DNA from: Nageia nagi
Lineage: Eukaryota; Plantae; Pinophyta
Direction of reading: 5' to 3'
Assembly: GCA_050084985.1 (NCBI GenBank)
Contig: JBITNC010000002.1
Location: 20,088,001 to 20,152,000 of the forward strand
DNA: 64,000 nucleotides
Part shown: positions 14,639 to 25,000 of the stretch, piece by piece
How the letters are laid out: each line of letters starts with the position of its first letter
How positions within the stretch are numbered: the first letter of the stretch is position 1
The notes under the pieces: model-generated
Database searches by the model: none
The model's input: the letters and a program-made list of their open reading frames with translations, nothing else
Told to the model about the DNA's origin: nothing
Translations under genes and position numbers: made by a program

Positions 14639-15099
14639 GTAATGATAATCAACACATATTTTATATACAATAGGTGATTATAAGTTTTTGGCTTGGCATC
14701 TTCATGACGACTTATAGTGCACCGTTGATCAGTTCATGATGGCATTTATGTGATTCATCTATCCTTGTTGATATGAATATAATGCATCTAACTGATCTTG
14801 TTATCTGTGTTGCTTATGACTTGCAAGTTTCTTTGAGATTGCAGGTTACTTACCTCAGGTATGCAGGCTCCTGGAGATTTTTCATGACTTCCAGTTGAAT
14901 GACTACTTTATGTATATTGAAATCAGTTGTGGTTAATGATTGTATTTGGCAAAGTAGTGAGTCTCAAACTAGATCTTTTTTACTTCACAAATATGTAAAA
15001 AGTTCTCATCTTCTTTGTATCTATTTGGAGGAGAACTCTCTTACTTTCTCTTCTTCTTCTCTCTTCATTGCTCTATTCCAATATTGTATTAAGGGGGAG

Positions 15100-15603
15100 T
15101 GTTGGAATGTATAATGCATTATTGTAAAGGTTTGTATTAAATCTTCTATATAAGTTCGCTAATACGTAAGGGTATTATTTGATACCTTAAGTATTTAAGT
15201 GAATACGATAATGTAACTTGTTCTACACTCCATGTCATGAGCATGCCCCTTGGGTAAAAGGATGTGCATGTCATGCTTTTGTACATTGGATAAAAGGGTG
15301 ATCCAAAGAGGGATTGTGGCCTATAAATAGAAGGCTCCCTCTTTGTGATTACACACCAATTGTGGAGTAAAGTTATGCTATAGGATAGTGGTTAGGAGAA
15401 AAGAGTAGGAGGATTGTAAGAGAGTTGTATTTGTGATTGAAGTAAAGATCTAGTTAGTGGATGTACTCCTAGTTAGAGGAAACACTTTACATCTTGAGTT
15501 ACTTTGTGAGATTGTCTTATTTGTGAGTTAGTTAAATGTGTATTGTGAGTTTTCAAAAGATTTTGGTTGTTTAGGAATTATCTTGTTAATGTTAGTTCCT
15601 TCA
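15100..15603 (+). repeat. Copia-1 3' LTR (504 bp)
   Basis: tgttggaatg...ttca, preceded by the PPT and followed by TSD ctatg. Confidence 0.95.
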
Positions 15604-16399
15604 CTATGCTAACTTCATGCTCTATTTAGAATAGTTTCCTAACTTTAACCCCTACTTATCATACTTAAAAATTTAATAATATGAAATACATATTATGTTA
15701 TTTTAGAATTTAATCATATTTAATAATTTTATTAAATACAACTAAACACAATATATAAGTTAAGAATATTTCTAATTTAATCAATTCAATAAAATAGTGT
15801 GTACATTTAATTAGGTAAATTTTAGAGTTCTAGTCATATTTAATAGCCTTATATATTTAAACTTAGACGAGATGGGAAGAATATACATAACTTGGTTTAA
15901 TAAAGTAATGTGTACATGTGATTAATTTATTAAATGTTTATGAGAGGAAGGATGTTTATGTGGGGAACTAAGAAATTGAGAAGGCAGAGGAGGGTGGGAG
16001 AAGAGAGTTGTAGATAACAAATTCGTGGAGAAATAGAGAGGGGTTGTTTGGAAGCTAAAGATCAAAGTTGTTCTGGGAAAAACAAATGATGGGGTTTGAA
16101 GCCAAGGACATCAGTGCAGAGGTCGACATATGTGAGGCATCCATAAATATGTATTTGATTGAATGGTTTGTGAAAAATTTACGCATATTATTGTTTATGC
16201 ACTCTCATTCGATTCAATCATTTGTGATCTTAATAGTTTATGGTCTTATTTTGTAATAAGTGAATTCTTGAATTTTATTACAAATAGTGTTGTTCTTATT
16301 GAGCAAGGCATGTTGAGCCAAAGATTGTTCGTTGAATGACAAGTTGGAGCCTATTTACTAGAATTTGCATTTGTGTGTATCTATATTCAGTATGACTAT

Positions 16400-17540
16400 T
16401 TGCTAATACAATATGTGTGGGGATCATTAATTTCCAATATTGTTTGTGTTCTAGTGTAGTTAATTGAGCATCAACTTATTTCTTTGACTATATCAACATA
16501 TACAATACATATGAGTATGATGTGTTATTTATAATTTTGAAGTTACAAATAATTATTTTTCATTATTTAATCAAATTTATTTTAGGAAATGCTTCCACTT
16601 CAAACTTTACAATCATAGAATATTATTGGAGTTATAAGGTGGAAGAAAAAGGGTTTTTTGTCCCATTTCTAAAGTTTCACATTTTTACAATTATTTTACA
16701 AGCCATAAAAGGCCTTCTATCTAACAAAGATTATTTTTTAACACTTAACTATTAATTTAGTTTATTATCAATATCAATACCTATATATTTGTAAAAGTGA
16801 ATCATCTTTAGATGTTTATTAATAAAGAAGATTACAGACTAAATGATTTTGAATTTGTTGACATTAACTATAAACTAGACATATTGCATAATGCTTGAAG
16901 AACACTCTTTTTACAAGATCATCATAATGTTTAGCTAATAAAACAATATCATCTTCATAAAGTAAGATAACAATGATTAGGTTGCGAATGTTGGTGTCTA
17001 TGCATCCTTGTTTAACTCCAATGTTGCTATTAATTTTTTCACATTGTCCTGATATCGTAAATGAAAATCATATAGTTCTTAATATTATCAATGAAGATCG
17101 CATTTTTATGTCTTGATCTTGATAGATGAATCCCAACCTTATAGATGGAATATAAATTTTAATATGGTAAATGGTAAAGCAAAAAAAATCTATTAAAATT
17201 TTACTTTTAATGTTACACCATATTTTGCATGAAATCACAATTATATAACATAGGTTGTCATTCTTTTGCACTATGCTTTCATATGGGGATATTATCCTTC
17301 ACATGACCTGCCACTTTTTTACATCTTACTTTCATATGGAAAAACAAATCCTCTTTCATTTTTGTATGACATATTAGTTTTTCACACCAATGCTTCCACA
17401 TTAGGGCATAATTATTTAAGACTCAAAATTAGTACAATATTTCGCACAAGGCACCATAAGTGGCATGGATAAGGGCATAACAAAAGGACACATATTGACA
17501 TCACAATTTTTCTTGACTTGGTACTTTCGATTCATAGTTA
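16400..17540 (-). mobile_element. Highly degenerate, internally deleted LINE reverse-transcriptase remnant
   Basis: Minus-strand KINSNIGVKQGC (~17002-17040), IVILLYEDDIVLLA (~16935-16975) and YKYIGIDIDNKLN (~16755-16795), in RT order. Confidence 0.65.
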
Positions 17541-18772
17541 TCATTCATTGTTTTATGGTTTTCTAATTTTATTTAGTGCAAAACATATTGCAACTAATAC
17601 TTTATGAATATTCGCTTACATAACTCTAGTGCATAAATTCCATAAAAGATTTGTGATATAAAAATTAAAATTTTGAAAAATATATTTTTTAATTTTTATG
17701 ATTGAAAACACACATTATTGCAAAATACAAATACTTTAAAAACATATCTTTTCTTTTTAATCACATATTTTGAAGCTTTGACATATTGCTCCACAAATAA
17801 CTTCATTGATTTGTTTGTGACCTCTTGTATGTATCCTTGATCCTACTCTTAAAACTTTAACAGATTTCAAATCTTATTTAATAACATACCACATTTTGAA
17901 ACAATGTAATTTTGATATTCTTAACTTTTAAAAATTACAAATTAAATAATATAATTATTAAGAACAAATCATCTTATTATCTTAAATTGTACTAAGCTAA
18001 AAACTTTTGAATTTTGATAAGTATAATAAAATACTTTTAATGCTACAATCACATATAAATACACAAATAATTCATTTTACTATTCATTCATATATTGCTA
18101 TATTATTACTATTCATTAATTTAATATCTGTTTTATCTGAAGTAGTGTAACTAATTAAACTTAAGTTCAGTTATACACTATCCTTACAAAAGCAAGCTTC
18201 ACTGACACCAAGCAGTATTAGTACTTTATTCAATATTTTGACAGAAAAAGAATCCCCTTTCTTCTTTACTTTTAGAAAGCTTTCGTATTGTCCAACTTGA
18301 CACAAGAAAGCTTCTTTATCTTTACAACTGATTGATATAACTATAAAAAACTACAATACTAAACAAATAAATCTTTAAGCTGAGGAGACATTGCAATTGG
18401 TATTGGTACGATCTCTGCCAATTAAGATGCAATTTCCACAAGCAAAGCCAAATATTTAATGATACATTTTCAGCGTCCCATACTGATTCATAATTATGGC
18501 AAATAAGACAATAGTTGGATTCTATTCAAATGAACTCCACAACTTGCAACCTTTTGGAAAACAATACAATCTAATGTTACAGGATGTGCTACAACAAGAA
18601 GCACTTTACCACCAGAATATTCCTCCCTTATCCAGAGCAAAACACAAATGACATCAAAGCGAATTCAGTAGTCACCGAGAACTACACATTGCTTCCCAAC
18701 AGTGAAGGTTAGATTAAGAAAGAATGCATTTACCAATGGGGCAAATTAGAAAATGTCAATTAACACACAGGA

Positions 18773-19099
18773 TCAGTCTATGTGATCTAGATCTATTTTG
18801 AAGGTCGTTGCTGCACCAAACTTTCTTTTTGATTCAATTTCCTCTGCATCTAAGCCTTCATATTTTATCTCCTCCTCCTCAGAAGATTCTTCCGGGGGTG
18901 GACTAGAGTTGTCTCCATTGTCTACACTCTTAGCTATGCAGTTTTCAGTGACGAGCATTGTAACTTGTCCAAAATGAGATATTTCCACAGTTACAGTATC
19001 ATCATTTGTTGGAAGAGGTTGCTTCCAAGGTTCTCCATCCATCCTCATGAACGTATGGTCTGTAGCTCCCTTGTGGAATTCAAAACGGATACCACGTGC
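18773..19099 (-). CDS. DGK5: DGK exon 12 (ARGIRFEF...[13 protein letters not shown]...[18 protein letters not shown])
   Basis: Acceptor atgcag|GCA; accessory-domain motif; stop at 18773-18775. Confidence 0.93.
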   Translation of the reverse strand, partial: ARGIRFEFHKGATDHTFMRMDGEPWKQPLPTNDDTVTVEISHFGQVTMLVTENCIAKSVDNGDNSSPPPEESSEEEEIKYEGLDAEEIESKRKFGAATTFKIDLDHID

Positions 19100-22000
19100 C
19101 TGCATCAGAACGGTTTAAAACAATCTTACATGAGTATTATATGCACCTTTTGCAAAAAAAACTAAAAGATTTGTCCATCACAGAACGACAAAAATATCCA
19201 CTTCTACGCGACTTCGGTTCAATAGGCATGCTGAGTGAAATAATACTCTTATAGGTTTGTTATATCTCCGTTTCATAAAGGTAGTAATATAATGAAATTC
19301 TTGCTTTCAAACATGAAGGGTCTAGCTAACAGAAAAGTGTCTTGGTTTCTCTCCAGGAGTGTGGATTATTAACTCCAATACTCCCCTTGAATCATTGGTA
19401 CAATTGACGTCCTAAATGGCTTTTCAAGCCAAGACTAGCTTTAAACCATATTAGAAAATATAGTCAGAGCAAGATTCCGACCACATCCAGTAGGCTGTTC
19501 TACAATTAACCTGTCTACACTTTAATTACAGGTTCTTTAAGAAAAGGGATTGTTATATCCAATAGTTCCAACTAAGTAAAATACCTTTAAAATGTTATAA
19601 AATAAACAACGCAACAAAATATATAAACAGTGGACTGTGGCTGACTACAGAAAGCAGTTACTTTAGGACCTGTGCAAGCCGTGTTCCATGACCATTAGGA
19701 GTAAAATAAAACAAGTCCATGCCAACCATTTCGGAACCCAACCACTTCTATCAGTCCATCATTTACATATGGACGAGTCAGTCCCCTCTGCATGCCATTG
19801 ACAAAGAACATGAGAATTAGTAACTTGGATAAGCTATTTGTAGCATCATAAATGTTCTCCTGGAAACTTACAAAGCGCACATTCAACTTTCACAGCCTAA
19901 ACAATAATTATAAACATTTCACAGCCAAAAAAGAGACAATGGAACACAATGCTTCTCATAAGAAATAAAATTAGGAACTATGCATCACAATTACGAGAGA
20001 AGCTTCCCAAACCAGAGCAGGGACAAATCACCTCTCGAGATTTTCTATCATTAGGTATGCCCCAAGGATTTAAGCCACCAGAAAAGCTGGGTAGGTTGAG
20101 GCAAACAATTGACCTGATGCTGTAATATCAATGAGAAAGATATTAGAATGAGACAATGCATTTTTTACCATATAGGATAAATCTCTCATATGTAAATCAA
20201 CACGGTATTTAGTACGATTGTTCGAATGTAGAAGATAATCGGTTTTTAACATTTTTTCAAACATAAACAATCAAATCATTAAATCCCCCACACACCAACA
20301 CAGAGATATGCTTTGCATAGTAAAAACATTCTACTACAATATTTTTTGGCTTCTGAAGCCTACTATGATCAGAACTCTTACATTAACTACTTCCCACCAT
20401 GAATACCATAGTCATTTTCAAAATAAAGGAATAAAGTTTATGTTAGCTTGAAATGTTACTTCATTAAATCGGTCATAAAACTTGTTTTTAAGGACCATAG
20501 CCCTGTCTGTAAGAGGTTCTCACAAAGAGCTGGTTATTAACAGTAAGGCTTTTTGCCTCAGACCTTTGAGTAACCCTCCTTAGATCCTCAACGGTCATGA
20601 AAATAGCATGCAGACAGTAGGTTTTCCCTTTTCAAGATCATGGTCCTCCCAGAATGACAGAAGTGTGCTTACATTGAAATTTTCATCCTGTATGTGCGAG
20701 ATTTTATGTTGATTAAATGGAAAGCATGTATGAGACTTAGTTGTATGATAGACAAGTAGAATGCATTATTCCTTCCATTTAAGACCTTTGAATTTCTCAT
20801 TCATATTGCCCACTTTCATTTTCATTACTTTGTGCATTAGCTTCTTTATATACTCCATTCAATTCCTAGCCAAGCTAAACTGGCTATGACTCGGAACCTA
20901 GGACATCCCAAATATGAATCTGGGTGCTCTATCATCAAATGATCTATCAGGATTCAGGTATTGATGAAATGACTAGGACTTGAGTTCTTAATTTATATTT
21001 TCATTCAAATTGTAAAGTATCAATACATGAAAATGTTCAGAGGCCATGAATATTCAAAGGGATCCAAATCAACATATTGATAATCATTGTCCTCTTCACG
21101 GAATTGAAGTCCCACTTAATCAGCCTCATAGACACAAATCTTCAATAATCAATTCAATTCTCAAGTAGGAAAAGAGCCTTCAGCCCTGAGCTTTTATTCC
21201 TAGAATGTTTTCAACTGTTGCTTCATCAATAAGGTAGAATTTATCCAACCATAAATCATTGTTGTGGTACATTCTATATATCATCCTCATAATATTGGAG
21301 GCGAATGTGAAACTCGACATATCTACCAGATTTTGCAGCCTTGTCATCCTGAAATTGTGTTTGTCTTGGTCCGATAGGCTTGCTAATTTAGCTTCTGATT
21401 TCAATGGTGACTTGTTAAACCAGACTCGTTTAATATAATTCATTGATTCCTCGACTCCACGGACCCATGTAGTAACAAATTTGTGTTGATGGGCTATAAT
21501 CACCATAGTAAGGTACAATGGTATCTTCTTTGACTTTTGGTACCTCAAATTATAACTAAATGTATTTGGTAATTTCTTCCTAGGAGCCAAAAGTGTTTTT
21601 GTGAGTGATCCATTATCTAGATGGACTAGAGAACATAGTATCATCTAGAGCTTCAATCTCGCTTCATCAGCGATGTCCTCGGGCAAACATGAATGGCTGA
21701 ATCACAAAGATAAGGAGGTAAGAATATTGGTTACTTCTTGTTTAAGTGAGATCTTAAGAATTTCTGCACCTGAAACTCCTTATGATGACAACACATTGAG
21801 AGCAATATTTCAGCTATTGATTGATAGTTTTGAAACTATGAGAAATGTCAAAATTGCTCATTTTTCTAGGAGGCTTTCCATACTTGAGTCATTACAAAAA
21901 CTGTAATGGGAAATATTTTATTAAATTTGGAAATGGATGAGTTGATCTGCAAAATGTTTCATCATTTCATTGCTTTAGCTTGTAAAGAAATGTTAATAAT

Positions 22001-25000
22001 GTTATTGCAACTATGAGGAATATTATAATTTTGATGATAAATGAAAGTGACCATATTTACCAGCCACTTTTATCTATGTTATTTGATGTTTGGAGGCGAA
22101 ATTTGGTCGCTACTACTGTTGCACATAAATTGGTAAACAGTGTGAAAAGAAGTTGAGAGCTTTCTTGAACAAAGTGGGGATTAGGGAAAAAGATGCAGAT
22201 TCTTCTTTTGATTATGATGACTATGTTGATGATTCAGCTTTAGGAGTGAACAAGGAACTGAAACAATACATCAAAAAGAAGAGCTTGCAGATATAGAGAA
22301 GACTTTTGTAAAAAAATTTGAAGTTGTCCCCACAATGGAAGAAGAAAAATTCAAAACAGAAGATGTTGAAGACAAATCAGAATTGCATGGAGTGGATCAA
22401 AGGCTTAGCATTGGAGATGGGAGGAGCTTTGGAGAATAAGCATTTGAGACATGGAACAACCAAGAAGACACTGCTGAAAGGTATGAAAATAATTTTGGTT
22501 TTTATAACAGCAGTACATTAACTTGTCATAGCTCTATCATTCACGAGGATAATGAAGTGCAAACATTGCTTGAGTTTCCCAAGCCAAACCTATAGAGAAG
22601 AATATGCATGCTGATTCCAGTATGGATGATTTGGAGAGTGATGTATTAGCACCTGAATATGATGAATTTCCTTTTGACTAAATTCATGTCATTTTGTTGA
22701 TAACCTCTTGTTTGAGATGAATGCCAATTTGTCTTTTGACAAACCACCTTTTGATTTAGATAGACCACCTGATCTTGATGATAAAGTTGATTTGGGTGAC
22801 TTCGAGTCTAGTGCACCCCCATGGAAGGCTTATGATCAGGTCTTGAAAGCAGGAGCTGCTATACACGTATATGCTGCAATGGAGACCTGTTGTAGTCATA
22901 ATCTTATCCATGTTCCTCTTTATGAAACACTGGGAAAGAATGTTGTTAAATACATCTTTCAGTTGATGAAGAGAAGAAAAGTCTATCTATCATATCAAAA
23001 GTGTCTTCGCTAATCATTGGTTCTGATATTTCACATTCAAGGATTGGCATAGAGTTCATGCTTGACTTCTTTTCTGGAAATACAAACATGGCGTGGCATG
23101 GAGTTAATTTTGATGTGCCTGTAAGGGAGTTGTGTATGCAGGTTTATGAAGTATTGCAGACAGCACTTTGGATTGATCCTATTCGGATCTATCCTTCAAA
23201 GCATCAAAACCACAGATCATTTCACTCACTAAAACTTCTGAATCAAGTCAGTGAGAGTTTGTGCACTAGTATTGCTATTGGTAAAGAAGCCTGTGATTTT
23301 GTCAAAGAAGCATCAAATACTTGTGCAGTTCATCCAATTTTTACTGCTGTTTGAAAGTTTTTTATAGGAAATATACTTGCTGGAGTTGCAGCTCTAGATC
23401 AAGCATTGTGTAGGGAATTTGATTTATGAGAAATATTCTGGAGTCCATCTCAACCTTTGGTTGTTGATATTGAAAGAAGCGTGCAGGAGTGCAGATTAAA
23501 GAACGTGTATTTTGTCTCAGTAAATGCAAGCAAAGCAACTGAACTTATAACTCAACATTTCATAATGTTGAAGGAATTAGAGAAGTTGTACAATATTTTT
23601 GGGGAGATTAAAGATCTGCAGCCATGGGAGAAACAATGGAAAAAGTTCATATGTTGCACTTCTCTGTTTGGTACAATTTTAAGCTCTGTTGATCACATGC
23701 AATCTCATGACTTACAAACGACAGGGAGTCCAACATGTGTTGCTCACATTTCACAGCATCGACTTGTCCCTTCGCTTCTTAAAAGTATGGAAAAGTTTGG
23801 TTTGATTTGGAAAAGCTTCATTAGTTTTGCCCAAGACTTGTATGCAGCCTGTTTGAAGATTCCTATTCTCTACTTCTTAATTGATGTCTTCCTCATTCCA
23901 GTTGCTTTTGAATTACTTTATACTTGTGAGATATTAAAGGATTGAGTTTTGATGGAGTAATAAAAAATTTGGAAGAGAGCCCCATAGCATCAATAAGACA
24001 TAAGTGTTTTACTCTGCTGAATGTGTTTCTTTATGCATTGTCACTTTCAACTACCTTTGGTGGATCCCCAATTGTTGCTGTCTCTCCTTTTTGTCTTCTT
24101 GTGGCAAATATGAACACGTTGATAACCCAGTTTATGTTTGTTTTTCTAAGTGACGCTTTATTGTTGAATGCTGGTGGAACGCTTTTGCAAACAGTAAAGC
24201 CTGTTCAAGAGACTTATGCAGATGGTGATACATGGGAGTTTCCACTGGGTGCTTATGAGGTTCTTAGCCGTTTGCATGATGCTAGAGTGAAATTGGCTGT
24301 TGTCTCAAATTTTGACTGTTGTTTGAGGCCAATCTTGGGAGAGTTGAATGCTGTTAAACTGTTCAATGCAATCATTATATCTTCAAAAACTGCTCATAAA
24401 AAATCTGCACTACAAAATTTTCAAATTGCTCTAGATCAGCTTAATGCGACTCCAAGTAAAGCAGTGCACATTAGAAATAATCAAAACGCTGTTGCAGATG
24501 GTGTTAGAAATGTCAACAGAGGTTTGAAGAAAAATAAAATAACATGTATAAATGAATATGATGACACCACCTTCTAAGATGATTTTGTGTACACTGCAAA
24601 GTATATGATTACTGCAGATGTTCATGTAGATCTGAGCTTAAACAGAATAGGTGATATGCATTGCATAGTTTTCTTATCACACATTAGAAGCTTGGTTCCA
24701 GCTGATTCTGCAGTAATTGGAGTGGACAACAAGCATACAATCACTAGTGAACAATCAACATTTATGATGGATCTGAACCAGATTGATATCATGCTAAGGC
24801 ACGGAAGTTCAAGATCATTATGTTTAATTGATGAATTTGAAAAAGAAACATTGACAACAGATGGACTTAAACTTCTTTGTGCTACATTAACACATTTTGC
24901 AACAATTCTGTTTTCTGCAAAGGAAGAGCAGATCATTGTTATAAAAGAGTACTTTAATGCTGACATACAGTTGATCTAGTATCCTGGAATCACAGTTTGT

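Larger units (their letters stand above)
7040..15603 (+). mobile_element. Full-length degenerate Ty1/copia LTR retrotransposon (Copia-1)
   Basis: LTRs 7040-7519 and 15100-15603 (TG...CA). TSD ctatg at 7035-7039 and 15604-15608. Met-tRNA PBS tggtatcagagc 7523-7534. PPT aagggggag 15091-15099. Copia domain order gag-PR-INT-RT-RH. Confidence 0.97.
3609..16282. mobile_element. Putative large (~4.1 kb net) solo-LTR-like or non-coding retroelement inserted in the PPR pseudogene, itself interrupted by Copia-1
   Basis: Starts TGTAG exactly where PPR coding stops and ends TTACA at 16282. Flanks catag (3604-3608) / aatag (16283-16287) match 4 of 5 bases as a TSD. Weak PPR-like translation resumes after 16283. 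Sequence either side of Copia-1 is contiguous. Confidence 0.45.

Noticed and set aside
16400-16750. Helitron PIF1 helicase
   Set aside because: Better explained as the post-RT part of the adjacent LINE (YKYIGID motif in the correct order).
18400-18772. Alternative calmodulin-binding C-terminal exon known from some cluster III DGKs
   Set aside because: No convincing donor/acceptor pair or basic amphipathic peptide found by eye; needs transcript data.
21673-24979. Functional PDS5, HAD or MSH5 genes
   Set aside because: Partial, intronless, frameshifted, with catalytic residues mutated (D>N, GKG>EKE), and embedded in an LTR element.
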